33,513 nt of DNA from a bacterium (lineage in GTDB: Bacteria > Margulisbacteria > Marinamargulisbacteria > JAAEMD01): positions 1 through 33,513 of the forward strand of contig JAAEMD010000004.1 of NCBI GenBank assembly GCA_024225875.1. The letters run 5' to 3'. The position numbers and the translations under genes are program-made. Each line of letters begins with the position of its first letter. The stretch's first letter is position 1. Shown here piece after piece: positions 9,575-19,842 of the stretch. Under the pieces are notes generated by a model, which was given only the letters and a program-made list of their open reading frames with translations, searched no databases and was not told where the DNA came from.

Positions 9575-9661
9575 AACTTCCAAAACAATAAATATAATGA
9601 TAAACTTCCATTAAAATATTTAATATATATAATTTAACTTAGATAGAAAGGTTTAACTAAA

Positions 9662-10819
9662 ATGACGTATTTATTTAGTTCTGAATCTGTCTCGGAAGGA
9701 CATCCGGATAAACTTTGTGATCAGATATCTGATGCAATTCTTGATGAAGCTTATAGACAGGATCCCCTGTCCCGTGTTGCAGCAGAATGCTTCACAACTA
9801 CAGGATTAGTCGTTATTGGAGGTGAAATAACAACCAGGGCTCAACTGGATATTCAAAATATTGTAAGAAATACAATAAAAGAAATCGGCTACACTAATCC
9901 TGACTATGGACTGGATGGAAACAGCTGTTCTGTTCTATCTGCAATTCATGACCAGTCACCAGATATTGCACAGGGAGTTAACAAAGGTGCCGGACTACAT
10001 AAGGAAATGGGCGCTGGAGATCAGGGTATGATGTTTGGCTATGCCTGCCGTCAAACACCTGCATTGATGCCACTGCCAATATATCTTTCACATAACCTGG
10101 TTAAGGAACTGGCTCGTATAAGAAAGGCAAAGGAGCTATCGTACTTAAGACCGGATTCGAAAGCACAGGTTACAATAGAGTATGAAAATAATTTACCAAA
10201 AAGAGCTCATACAGTAGTAATATCAACACAGCATGATCCTGACGTCAGTCTTGAAACTATTGAAAAGGATATGATCAGCAAATTAATTAAAAATGTAATC
10301 CCGTCACAGTATTTAGATGAAAAAACAAGATACTTTATTAATCCTACCGGCCGCTTCGTTATCGGAGGCCCTCATGGAGACACCGGACTGACCGGCAGAA
10401 AAATCATTGTTGATACTTATGGCGGTTGGGGCGCTCATGGCGGAGGAGCTTTTTCTGGCAAAGACTGCTCAAAGGTAGATCGTTCCGGAGCATATATGGC
10501 AAGATATATTGCTAAAAATATAGTTGCCGCAGAGATTGCTAAAGAAATTGAAATACAAATAGCTTATGCTATTGGCGTTGCTGAACCGGTTTCATTAACA
10601 GTAAAAACGTATGGTTCAGGAAAAGTATCAAATCTTGAAATTACTAAATTAATAAATGACCACTTTGATTTAACCCCGGAAGGCATAATTAAAACACTGG
10701 ACTTAAGACGTCCAATATACAAAAAAACAGCTGCTTACGGGCATTTTGGTCGTGATGATTTAGATGTTAGCTGGGAAAAAACGGATAAAGCTGAAGAATT
10801 AAAAAAAGCTGTAAGTTAA
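9662..10819 (+). CDS. metK: S-adenosylmethionine synthetase
   Basis: [34 protein letters not shown]. Confidence 0.99.
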   Translation: MTYLFSSESVSEGHPDKLCDQISDAILDEAYRQDPLSRVAAECFTTTGLVVIGGEITTRAQLDIQNIVRNTIKEIGYTNPDYGLDGNSCSVLSAIHDQSPDIAQGVNKGAGLHKEMGAGDQGMMFGYACRQTPALMPLPIYLSHNLVKELARIRKAKELSYLRPDSKAQVTIEYENNLPKRAHTVVISTQHDPDVSLETIEKDMISKLIKNVIPSQYLDEKTRYFINPTGRFVIGGPHGDTGLTGRKIIVDTYGGWGAHGGGAFSGKDCSKVDRSGAYMARYIAKNIVAAEIAKEIEIQIAYAIGVAEPVSLTVKTYGSGKVSNLEITKLINDHFDLTPEGIIKTLDLRRPIYKKTAAYGHFGRDDLDVSWEKTDKAEELKKAVS

Positions 10820-11004
10820 TAAGTTTTTATGCATGTTTATGACAATATTTATAGAATATGAAATACAGTATTATGACTATGATTTTTTACCTTTAATTAG
10901 TTAGACATAACTAAATTTATTGTTTATTTACATAAAAAGTGCAGAGGCAATAGCTTTATATTAACTTTTTTTATCATGCTTCCCGTTTTTGGATAAAAAA
11001 TAAA

Positions 11005-11532
11005 ATGGAAAATATTTTGTTTCAGAATGAACTTGATGATGCAACTCTCAAGTTTAACAGTAAACTTGATTTTGATGTGGCTAGATTATTAAAAACATCG
11101 AAACTAACGCTTTCTGTAGCAGAAACTGTTACAGGAGGAATGCTGGCACAAAGACTAACCAGCTTACCAGGCAGTTTAGTCTATTTTAAAGGTGGTGTTA
11201 TTTGTATAGACACTTTATCGAAAATAAATATTTGCGGGGCAAGCCCTGCCACACTTAGAAAAAAAGGTGAATACAGTAAAGAGTTAACACTAGAACTGGC
11301 AAATGGTGTAAAAAATATAATGAAAACAGATATTTCAATAGCAATTACAGGCCATACAAGTCGTTTTGCTGATAAAAAAGATGAGGTCTTCGGAAAAATT
11401 AATGCAGGCTTCATGTTTAAGAATGATAAAAAGATAAAAGTTTTTAAATTTAATGGAACAAGAAATATAATAAGATATCAGTCAACACTAGCTGCTTTAG
11501 GTTATTTACGCCAGTGGCTTTTAGCACATTAA
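11005..11532 (+). CDS. CinA C-terminal / PncC (NMN deamidase)-like protein, degenerate motifs
   Basis: LSVAETVTGG, PGSLVYFKGG, AITG, F.GTRNIIR; located directly upstream of recA. Confidence 0.8.
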   Translation: MENILFQNELDDATLKFNSKLDFDVARLLKTSKLTLSVAETVTGGMLAQRLTSLPGSLVYFKGGVICIDTLSKINICGASPATLRKKGEYSKELTLELANGVKNIMKTDISIAITGHTSRFADKKDEVFGKINAGFMFKNDKKIKVFKFNGTRNIIRYQSTLAALGYLRQWLLAH

Positions 11533-11584
11533 CTAAATTAAAAATGCTCTTTACCTTATTTACAAGTTATTAAAGGAGGATAAA

Positions 11585-12601
11585 ATGGACGAAAATAAAA
11601 CAAAAGCTCTTGACTTTGCTATAACACAAATTGAAAAAGCACACGGAAAAGGTTCTATTATGTGGTTAGGAAACTCACCAAAACAAACGTGTAGCGTAGT
11701 TTCTTCTGGTGCACTATCACTGGATCTGGCTCTTGGAGTCGGCGGCTACCCTACCGGCAGGATTGTTGAAATATTTGGACCGGAAGCTTCCGGAAAAACA
11801 ACACTATCTCTTCACGCTGTTGCTGAAACACAAAAAAATGGCGGTGTGTGTGCCTATATTGATACTGAGCACGCTTTAAATGCAGTTTATGCTGAAAAAC
11901 TGGGAATTAATTTACAAACCCTGCTTTTATCTCAGCCTGACTATGGTGAACAAGCACTTGAAATTGCTGAAACTTTAGTAAGATCAGGAGCTATAGATCT
12001 AATTGTTATAGATTCTGTTGCTGCGCTGGTACCCAAGTCAGAAATAGAAGGTGAAATGGGAGACCCTACAATGGGTACCCAGGCCAGACTAATGTCACAG
12101 GCTTTAAGAAAACTCACAGCTATTGTAAATAAATCCAATACCACAATTATTTTTGTTAACCAGATAAGAGAAAAACTCGGTGTAATGTTCGGAAATCCTG
12201 AAGTTACTCCCGGAGGACGAGCCTTAAAGTTCTATTCTTCTATCCGCATTGATATCCGAAAAATCGAATCAATAAAAACCGGTGTTGATATAACCGGTCA
12301 CAAAGTAAGAGTAAAAATTGTTAAAAACAAAGTAGCTCCACCATTTAAGTATACAGAGCTTGAAATTGAATTTGGCAAAGGAATATCAGGTGTTGGAGAT
12401 CTCCTGGACCTGGGTGTCAATATGGGCTTTATAGAAAAAAGCGGCACCTGGTTTTCTGTTGGAAAAGAAAGAATGGGCCAGGGAAGAGAAGCCGGAAAAA
12501 AGTTTTTGCGGGAAAATGAAGAAATCGCTAATGATATCAGAAATAAAATAAAGGCAAAAACAGGCCTTGTTCCAACTGCCGGAAAAAAAGAGGAGGAATA
12601 A
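11585..12601 (+). CDS. recA: Recombinase RecA
   Basis: [45 protein letters not shown]. Confidence 0.99.
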   Translation: MDENKTKALDFAITQIEKAHGKGSIMWLGNSPKQTCSVVSSGALSLDLALGVGGYPTGRIVEIFGPEASGKTTLSLHAVAETQKNGGVCAYIDTEHALNAVYAEKLGINLQTLLLSQPDYGEQALEIAETLVRSGAIDLIVIDSVAALVPKSEIEGEMGDPTMGTQARLMSQALRKLTAIVNKSNTTIIFVNQIREKLGVMFGNPEVTPGGRALKFYSSIRIDIRKIESIKTGVDITGHKVRVKIVKNKVAPPFKYTELEIEFGKGISGVGDLLDLGVNMGFIEKSGTWFSVGKERMGQGREAGKKFLRENEEIANDIRNKIKAKTGLVPTAGKKEEE

Positions 12602-12604
12602 AAA

Positions 12605-14143
12605 GTGAGTTTATTAATCGCACTGTCCAGTGCAGGAATAATACTTATAACAGGGGTTTTTGTTTTCTTTATAATAAGAAAAAAATCTGCTGATATTAAA
12701 ATAGAAAATGCTGAAAAAAAAGCTCAGCACACTCTGGAAGATGCTGCTATCAAGGCACAGTCAATCCTCGCAAAAGCAAATACTGAAGGGCAGGATGTAA
12801 TAACAAAAGCGCGTCTTGGAGTTGAAGAAGAGGTTAAGGCCAGAAGACAGGCCATTGCTCAAGTCGAAAATAGAGTACTGCAAAAAGAAAAATATATTGA
12901 TACCAGAGAAACTCACCTGAGTGAAAAAGAATCCATGCTGGAAAAAGATCTTGAAAAGGTAAAAAACCTTAAGAAAAAACAGGAAGCTATTATTCAGGAT
13001 CTTTCCGATACTCTGGAAAAAGCTGCGGGCTATTCAAAAGAAGAGGCAAAAAAAATACTTCTTACTAATGTTGAAAGAGAAGTACGTCAGAGAGCTGGTC
13101 TTATGATAAAGCAAATTGAGGACCAGGCCAGAATAATAGCTAATAGAAAAGCCAGAGAAATTATAACTGATGCTATACAAAGAACAGCTATTGATCATAT
13201 TTCCGAAATCACAACTTCGGTAGTACAGCTGCCTGATGATGATATGAAAGGAAGGATCATTGGACGAGAAGGTAGAAATATCCGTGTATTTGAAGCTGTT
13301 ACAGGGGTAGATGTTATAATAGACGATACACCTGGAGCAGTTGTACTTTCATCATTTGATCCCATAAGAAGAGAAATTGCAAAATTAACGCTGTCTAAAC
13401 TTATTTCTGACGGACGTATCCATCCTACCAGAATAGAAGAGCTTGTTGAGATTTCCAGAAAAAATCTTAAAGAGTTCATTATAGAAAAAGGTGAGCAGGC
13501 TGCTGATCAGCTGGGGCTGCAGTTCTCTCCAAAAATCATTGAACTGTTAGGCAAGCTGCATTTCAGAACAAGTTACGGTCAGAATATTCTGACCCACTCT
13601 ATTGAATGTGCGCATACAGCAGCTATTATGGCTCAAGAATTACAGGTTAATGCTCACCTGGCAAAAAGAGGTGCCCTGTTACATGATATAGGTAAAGCTC
13701 TTGATTTTGAGCAGGATGGCACACATGTACAACTGGGTAAAGAAGTCTGCGAAAAAGCTAATGAATCTGAAGAAGTTCTAAACTGTATTGAAGCTCATCA
13801 TGAAGACGTTGCACCAGAAACAGTTGAAGCTATACTGGTAATGGTAGCAGACAGAATATCTTCTGTCAGACCAGGGGCCAGACGCGAGTCACTTGAAACA
13901 TATATTAAAAGACTTGAAAAACTGGAAACTGTTGCAAATTCTTTTGAAGGTATAGATAAGGCATACGCTATCCAGGCAGGACGTGAAATAAGGGTTGTTG
14001 TCAAACCGGATGAAGTTGATGATCCCGCTGCTTATAAATTAGCTTTAGATATTGCTAAGAAAATAGAGTCAGATGTTGATTATCCAGGAGAAGTTAAAGT
14101 ATCTATTATCCGTGAAACAAGAGCAGTCGGAGTTGCAAAATAA
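12605..14143 (+). CDS. rny: Ribonuclease Y
   Basis: N-terminal TM, coiled coil, KH (KGRIIGREGRNIR), HD (LLHDIGK), RPGARRE. Confidence 0.97.
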   Translation: MSLLIALSSAGIILITGVFVFFIIRKKSADIKIENAEKKAQHTLEDAAIKAQSILAKANTEGQDVITKARLGVEEEVKARRQAIAQVENRVLQKEKYIDTRETHLSEKESMLEKDLEKVKNLKKKQEAIIQDLSDTLEKAAGYSKEEAKKILLTNVEREVRQRAGLMIKQIEDQARIIANRKAREIITDAIQRTAIDHISEITTSVVQLPDDDMKGRIIGREGRNIRVFEAVTGVDVIIDDTPGAVVLSSFDPIRREIAKLTLSKLISDGRIHPTRIEELVEISRKNLKEFIIEKGEQAADQLGLQFSPKIIELLGKLHFRTSYGQNILTHSIECAHTAAIMAQELQVNAHLAKRGALLHDIGKALDFEQDGTHVQLGKEVCEKANESEEVLNCIEAHHEDVAPETVEAILVMVADRISSVRPGARRESLETYIKRLEKLETVANSFEGIDKAYAIQAGREIRVVVKPDEVDDPAAYKLALDIAKKIESDVDYPGEVKVSIIRETRAVGVAK

Positions 14144-14187
14144 TGATGATACAGTAACCATATATTTTTTGTAGATATCTATTTAAT

Positions 14188-14979
14188 ATGAAACTTATTA
14201 ATATACTTTGTCTTGGTGATGTTGTTGGAAAGCCAGGTAGAGAATGTCTTGAGAATAATTTAAAAAACATTCAAGATAAGCACAATATAGATTTTACGGT
14301 ATGCAATATTGAAAACGCTGCTGGTGGATTTGGTTTCACAAGAAACACTTATATTGATTTAAAAAACATAAATATCAACGCTTTTACTTCAGGTAACCAT
14401 GTATATCAGCAAAAATCTGTTCTACAGGACTTCAGCTACTTTAAGAGCCTGGTCAGACCTCTAAATTTTCCGAGTGATAATCCGGGGGCCGGATACAGGA
14501 TTTTTAATCTTAACACTATAAAAATCGGGGTTGTTAATCTTATTGGAAGGGTATTTCTTGGTGAATATGACTGTCCATTCCATTGCATCAAAAATCATAT
14601 TCACCAGATTAAAAAAGAAACCCCGATCATTTTAGTAGACTTCCATGCTGAAGCTACATCTGAAAAAGAAGCCATGGGCTGGTTCCTTGATGGAGAGGTT
14701 TCTCTTATATACGGAACACATACCCATGTAATGACAGCTGATGAGAGAATCCTGCATAAATCAACGGCTTATATTACTGACATCGGTATGACTGGAGCAA
14801 GAAACAGTATTCTGGGCATGAAAAAAGAGCCGGTTATAAAAAAATTTCTTACACAAATGCCCAGCCGGTTTGAAATACCAAAGGATGATGAATGTATTTT
14901 TAACGGTATCAAATGTGTTATTGAAACAGAAACAGGAAAAGCTGTTTGCATTGAAAGGATCTTTGAAGTTTTTAATTAG
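14188..14979 (+). CDS. ymdB: YmdB/TIGR00282 metallophosphoesterase
   Basis: GDVVGKPG, NIENAAGG, TSGNH, DFHAEATSEK, GTHTHV, TDIGMTG; follows rny. Confidence 0.93.
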   Translation: MKLINILCLGDVVGKPGRECLENNLKNIQDKHNIDFTVCNIENAAGGFGFTRNTYIDLKNININAFTSGNHVYQQKSVLQDFSYFKSLVRPLNFPSDNPGAGYRIFNLNTIKIGVVNLIGRVFLGEYDCPFHCIKNHIHQIKKETPIILVDFHAEATSEKEAMGWFLDGEVSLIYGTHTHVMTADERILHKSTAYITDIGMTGARNSILGMKKEPVIKKFLTQMPSRFEIPKDDECIFNGIKCVIETETGKAVCIERIFEVFN

Positions 14980-15015
14980 ATTTACTCTGTTATTTACAGC
15001 CTGTCTTCAAGTTTA

Positions 15016-15133
15016 TACAGCTGGTACAAATTGAACTGTCCGTTTAAATGGCTGAGTGCAGCTTCACAGACGTACATAAACGAAGTCATTTGAAAACTTT
15101 AAGTGTCGGACATTTTACTTTGGATCAGCTATA
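15016..15133 (+). repeat. Palindromic MITE-like element, copy 3 (118 bp)
   Basis: TACAGCTGGTACAAATTGAACTGTCCG...CGGACATTTTACTTTGGATCAGCTATA. Confidence 0.9.
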
Positions 15134-15235
15134 GTGTGCCCTTACTGTACTTATCCAGCAAGGCTGATATAGAGCAGGTAGTTAATTTTTAATTCTATAA
15201 AATAACAAATAATCTTGTTACAATAATTTTAACTT

Positions 15236-15532
15236 ATGAAAATATTAATAGATCTGAATATAATAAAAAAAGAAAAGCTGCCTGAACAAATAAACGTTAC
15301 GCTTCACCATGAAATCAGCAGCCCCTTAACCAGCATTATGATTGGATCTCAAGCCTTGAGCGAGTGGTTTGCAGATGGATCTGATGAAAAACATGTAATC
15401 AGCCATATAAAAGACTGCTCGAAACGTATTAAGGAAACAATGGGTTCTTCAGGTAATTTAAAAAACATTATTATTGATGAATATTTAGATGGAATAAAGA
15501 TGGTCAATTTATCAAAATCAAAAGGCCTCTGA
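15236..15532 (+). CDS. Small HisKA (DHp)-like domain protein without ATPase or sensor domain
   Basis: H-box-like VTLHHEISSPLTSI; 98 aa; in-frame stop (15230-15232) just upstream of the ATG. Confidence 0.6.
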   Translation: MKILIDLNIIKKEKLPEQINVTLHHEISSPLTSIMIGSQALSEWFADGSDEKHVISHIKDCSKRIKETMGSSGNLKNIIIDEYLDGIKMVNLSKSKGL

Positions 15533-15561
15533 CAATGTCTAAATAAGACAGGCACCATATT

Positions 15562-16281
15562 ATGATAAAAGCAAAAAATTTAGTTAAAATATATCATGGA
15601 CGAAAAGTAGTAGATGATGTAAATCTCACAATGAGCCGGGGAGAAATCGTAGGGTTACTCGGGCCAAACGGAGCCGGTAAAACAACTACTTTTTATATGA
15701 TTATAGGGCTTATCAAACCTGCGGCTGGAGAAGTGTTTTTCGATGATATCAACATAACCAGAATACCTATGTTTAAAAGAGCAAGACTGGGGCTGGGTTA
15801 TCTTCCACAAGAATCATCTATATTTAAAAAACTGACAGTTGAAGAGAATGTTTTAGCCTTATGGGAGATAGTCAAAAACATTCCGCCAGAAAAATATGAA
15901 GAAAAACTTGTTGAACTGTTAAAAGAAATGGGGTTATTACACTTAAGAAAATCCAGGGGCATTGAACTTTCAGGAGGAGAAAAAAGGAGGGTTGAGATTG
16001 TTAGAGCACTTGCTACAAATCCATCTTTTATACTGCTTGATGAACCTTTCGCAGGAATTGATCCTATAGCTGTAAACGAAATTCAGGAAATAATAAAATC
16101 TCTAAAAAAGAAAGGCCTTGGCATTATTATAACTGATCATAATGTACGTGAAACACTATCAATAACTGATAGAGCCTACCTGATCCATCAGGGCAAATTA
16201 ATTTTATCCGGCAATTCCAAAGAAATTGCGTCCAGTAAAGTAGCAAAAGAGTTTTATCTTGGTGATAACTTCAAACTTTAG
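15562..16281 (+). CDS. lptB: LPS export ABC transporter ATP-binding protein
   Basis: GPNGAGKTTTFYMI, GYLPQESSIF, LSGGEKRRVEI, LLDEPFAGIDP, ITDHNVRETL. Confidence 0.96.
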   Translation: MIKAKNLVKIYHGRKVVDDVNLTMSRGEIVGLLGPNGAGKTTTFYMIIGLIKPAAGEVFFDDINITRIPMFKRARLGLGYLPQESSIFKKLTVEENVLALWEIVKNIPPEKYEEKLVELLKEMGLLHLRKSRGIELSGGEKRRVEIVRALATNPSFILLDEPFAGIDPIAVNEIQEIIKSLKKKGLGIIITDHNVRETLSITDRAYLIHQGKLILSGNSKEIASSKVAKEFYLGDNFKL

Positions 16282-17380
16282 AATACTAAAAATTATTGAC
16301 AGCTATATAATAAAAGAGCTTACAGGGCCCTTTATTTTCGGCATAGCTGCCTTTAGCTGTATCCTTGCTGGCAGTACAGTACTATTCCCATTAATAGGGA
16401 CAGCTGTTTCATACAACATCCCGTACACACAAGTTGTTCAGTTATTTATCTATAAGTTACCTAATGTAATAGTTTTTTCTTTTCCTATGTCTATGCTTCT
16501 TGCTTCTATCTTAGCCTTCTCCAGACTTAGCTCAGATAATGAACTAATGGCCTTCAGGTCTACAGGTATCAGCTTCAGGAGATTAGTAATACCTGTTATT
16601 ATTACAGGATTCTTTGTTAGTCTGTTTGCTATCTGGTTTAACGAATCAGTTGTACCCGTATCTTCCAATTCAGCAGAAAACTTAATGAGATCATTTACAA
16701 AAAAACAACTTCCTAATATTAAAAAGAACATAAACTTCACAGAGTATGACCCGATAACAAAAGATCCTGTTCGAACAATAAATGTCAGTGAAGTTAAAGA
16801 TGAAAAAATGAAAAATATTACAATCGCTGAGTATGATAAAGGTAAGCTTGCCCGTATTGTAAGAGCTGGCTCCGGGAAGTGGCTGGAATCCGGGCAGTGG
16901 ATATTCTTTAATGGTGTTATGCACAGCTTTCCGGCAACAGATATAACACAGGTTACAGTTATAGAGTTTGAAAAAGAGTATATTGACATAAAAATCAATC
17001 CTGTTGACCTGACAAAAAGAAAAAAGAACATAGAAGAAATGACAAGAAAAGAGCTTAAGGCAAGAATTATTATGAAAAAAAATACAGGTGCTGACCCCAT
17101 TAAAGACATCGTAAATTATCATCTAAAATATTCCGTTCCCTTTGCCTGCCTTATATTCTCAATATTAGGAACATCCGTAGGTTTGAAACCAAATAGAAGC
17201 TCTTCTGCTTTAGGACTCGGAATAAGTTTAATTGTTATTTTGATATATTATATTTTACTGGGGATCAGTACCGGGCTTGGTTTAGCACATGCAATACCTG
17301 CCCTGTTAGCTGCCTGGCTGCCAAATATAGTGATTGGCATGGCAGGTTTTTTTCTTTTACATAAAATTGCTCAGCAATAG
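16259..17380 (+). CDS. LptF/LptG family permease (exact start uncertain)
   Basis: IDSYIIKEL, SRLSSDNEL.AFRSTGIS, AAWLPN; 3+3 TM layout; follows lptB. Confidence 0.92.
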   Translation: MVITSNFRILKIIDSYIIKELTGPFIFGIAAFSCILAGSTVLFPLIGTAVSYNIPYTQVVQLFIYKLPNVIVFSFPMSMLLASILAFSRLSSDNELMAFRSTGISFRRLVIPVIITGFFVSLFAIWFNESVVPVSSNSAENLMRSFTKKQLPNIKKNINFTEYDPITKDPVRTINVSEVKDEKMKNITIAEYDKGKLARIVRAGSGKWLESGQWIFFNGVMHSFPATDITQVTVIEFEKEYIDIKINPVDLTKRKKNIEEMTRKELKARIIMKKNTGADPIKDIVNYHLKYSVPFACLIFSILGTSVGLKPNRSSSALGLGISLIVILIYYILLGISTGLGLAHAIPALLAAWLPNIVIGMAGFFLLHKIAQQ

Positions 17381-17407
17381 TTTAACAGTCTTAATAGTTA
17401 TTAGCCA

Positions 17408-17436
17408 TTATCAGCAGGGAGTTTTATTGATATAAT
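17408..17436 (+). promoter_or_regulatory. Putative extended -10 promoter for the pyrophosphatase gene
   Basis: TTATCA-N17-TATAAT with TGn extension (TGATATAAT); AAGGAG SD downstream. Confidence 0.45.
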
Positions 17437-17478
17437 ATCCCGGTTTATACTTTTATTTTTTTAAAAGGAGAATTTTTT

Positions 17479-19782
17479 ATGTGTCAATTTACTTCTATAA
17501 TCTGGTGGCTTGCCCCCATATCAGCACTAACTGCACTTGGTTTCGCTCTGGTACTGTACAAATATTTAATAACTCTATCAGAAGGCACTGATAGAATGAA
17601 AGAAATCGCAGGATATATCAAAGATGGAGCTATGGCCTATCTAAGAAGACAATATACTACTATAACAGTTGTGTTTATGATTATATTTATAACTTTAGGA
17701 GTTATGTCACTTATGGGTCTGCAGAACCCTTTTGTTCCTTTTGTTTTCTTGAGTGGAGGTGTTTTATCAGGATTATCAGGTTATTTAGGAATGAAAACTG
17801 CTACTAATACCTCGGCAAGAACAGCGGCAGCCTGTCAAAAATCTCTAAATAGCGGCTTAAAAGTAGCTTTCAGGGGTGGAGCGATTATGGGACTGATGGT
17901 TGTGGGCTTTGGGTTACTGGGTATCTGCTGCTGGTACTTTATATTAAATTTTATTTTTGATAATAATATATTTGGTACAGCTGAATCTCTATTCATAAAA
18001 CTGGGTATTACAGCCTGGGAGCCTGGCCTGGTTAAAGATCAGATGTTTCAAAAAGTAAAACAGATAGAAATAACCTCTATTCTTCTTACCTACGCTATGG
18101 GCGCTTCAGCAATGGCCCTTTTTGCCAGAGTTGGCGGTGGTATTTTCACTAAAGCCGCAGATGTCGGAGCTGACCTTGTGGGAAAAGTAGAGGCTGGAAT
18201 CCCTGAAGATGATCCCAGAAATCCGGCAACCATAGCAGACAATGTTGGCGATAATGTTGGCGATGTTGCGGGCATGGGAGCAGATCTATATGAGTCTTAT
18301 TGCGGATCAATACTGGCAGCCGCTGCACTTGGGGCATCACTGGCTTTAACTAAAGGCGGCATTGAGCTGATAACAGCCCCTATGATTGTAGCAGGCGGAG
18401 GAATAATTTTTTCTTTAGCAGGTATTTTCTACGTTAGAACAAAAGAAGATGCTACCCAGAAAGATTTACTGCTTTCTCTACTAATGGGTACAGGGCTTGC
18501 TTCAATACTCACACTCATTTTCCTTGTTGCACTGGTAAAAATCGGTTTAATAAGCTGGGGTGTATTTGGTTCAGTTGTAACTGGTTTAATAGCGGGCATT
18601 ATTATTGGTCAGGCTACAGAATATTATACTTCATCAAACTTTAATCCAACAAAAAAAATAGCTGAATTCAGTCAGGACGGCCAGGCAAGTACAATACTAA
18701 CCGGTATATCAACAGGAATGATTTCCACCGGCATTCCAGTAATTGTTATAGTTGCCGGCATTATTATTTCTTATACACTATCCGGAGGACTTACAGATGT
18801 CTCATTTGGTATATACGGGATTGCTTTTGCTGCAATTGGTATGCTTTCAACACTTGGTATTCAATTAGCGACCGATGCCTTCGGACCAATTGCCGATAAT
18901 GCAGGAGGAAATGCTGAAATGGCAGGACTGCCTGAAGAGGTAAGGGAAAGAACAGATGCTCTTGATTCCTTAGGAAATACAACAGCGGCAACAGGAAAAG
19001 GCTTTGCTATTGGTTCTGCCGCTTTAACTGTTCTGGCTTTAATCACAGCATATCTTGACTCTATAAAAATAAGTTTAAGTAAATTAGCAGGCAAAAGCAC
19101 CCACTATATAGGAAATATGGGTTTTACTAATTCAGAGTTACTGGCCTCTAAAAACGAAGCTGTTCATTTCATCAGTGATTTAGATATACCGGCGCTGGTA
19201 GATATTTTCAGAATCAATATCATTAATCCAAAGTTCCTGGCCGGTCTTTTTCTCGGATCTATGCTTGCTTTTGTATTTTGTGCCTTAACTATTACAGCTG
19301 TAAGCAATGCTGCCAGTGAAATGGTTAAAGAAGTCAGACGTCAATTTAGAGAAATCAAGGGTATACTAACTGGAGAGGCTACACCTGATTATGCAAGATG
19401 TGTCGATATATCCACATCCGGCGCTCAAAAAGCAATGCTGCTACCTTCACTTCTAGCCATCTTATCACCAATTGCCACAGGTTATTTTTTGAATGTTGCT
19501 GGTGTAATAGGATTGTTGTCTGGTGCTCTTGTCTCAGGGTTCTCTTTAGCTATTTTCCTGAATAACTCAGGGGGAGCATGGGATAATGCAAAAAAATACA
19601 TTGAATCCGGGCAGTTCGGGGGCAAAGGAACAGATGCTCATAAAGCAGCTGTTATTGGTGATACAATAGGCGATCCCTTTAAAGATACTGCCGGCCCTTC
19701 TCTTAATATTTTAATTAAGCTGATGACTATTGTTTCTATAGTATTTGCCGGATTCATATTAAAATATGGCCTGTTTTTTTAA
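17479..19782 (+). CDS. hppA: Membrane-integral ion-pumping pyrophosphatase, K+-dependent type
   Basis: [47 protein letters not shown] (Ala = K+-dependent), [15 protein letters not shown]. Confidence 0.96.
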   Translation: MCQFTSIIWWLAPISALTALGFALVLYKYLITLSEGTDRMKEIAGYIKDGAMAYLRRQYTTITVVFMIIFITLGVMSLMGLQNPFVPFVFLSGGVLSGLSGYLGMKTATNTSARTAAACQKSLNSGLKVAFRGGAIMGLMVVGFGLLGICCWYFILNFIFDNNIFGTAESLFIKLGITAWEPGLVKDQMFQKVKQIEITSILLTYAMGASAMALFARVGGGIFTKAADVGADLVGKVEAGIPEDDPRNPATIADNVGDNVGDVAGMGADLYESYCGSILAAAALGASLALTKGGIELITAPMIVAGGGIIFSLAGIFYVRTKEDATQKDLLLSLLMGTGLASILTLIFLVALVKIGLISWGVFGSVVTGLIAGIIIGQATEYYTSSNFNPTKKIAEFSQDGQASTILTGISTGMISTGIPVIVIVAGIIISYTLSGGLTDVSFGIYGIAFAAIGMLSTLGIQLATDAFGPIADNAGGNAEMAGLPEEVRERTDALDSLGNTTAATGKGFAIGSAALTVLALITAYLDSIKISLSKLAGKSTHYIGNMGFTNSELLASKNEAVHFISDLDIPALVDIFRINIINPKFLAGLFLGSMLAFVFCALTITAVSNAASEMVKEVRRQFREIKGILTGEATPDYARCVDISTSGAQKAMLLPSLLAILSPIATGYFLNVAGVIGLLSGALVSGFSLAIFLNNSGGAWDNAKKYIESGQFGGKGTDAHKAAVIGDTIGDPFKDTAGPSLNILIKLMTIVSIVFAGFILKYGLFF

Positions 19783-19842
19783 TTTAATTATAAAAATACA
19801 AATAATTACTTTTTTAAAAAACACATACTATAATTATCAGTT

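Noticed and set aside
9378-9661. SAM riboswitch upstream of metK
   Set aside because: No SAM-I core (ATC...GAT P1, CTGGC/GCAACC) visible; the structure there is the repeat element.
10820-11584. LexA box upstream of cinA/recA
   Set aside because: No GAAC-N4-GTTC, CTGT-N8-ACAG or cyanobacterial-type box recognised in the intergenic parts; only a weak AT-rich palindrome (TTAGTTA-GACA-TAACTAA).
16450-17122. Long antisense ORFs (219 aa and 143 aa) over lptF/G
   Set aside because: Shadow frames of a well-supported gene. The same applies to the small antisense or overlapping ORFs in the IS, exonuclease, dnaK, hrcA, cinA, recA, rny, ymdB, hppA, fumarase, rfbB, DegT and wecB genes.
18238-18266. Tandem GATAATGTTGGC-like repeat in hppA
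   Set aside because: Encodes the conserved DNVGDNVGD catalytic motif.
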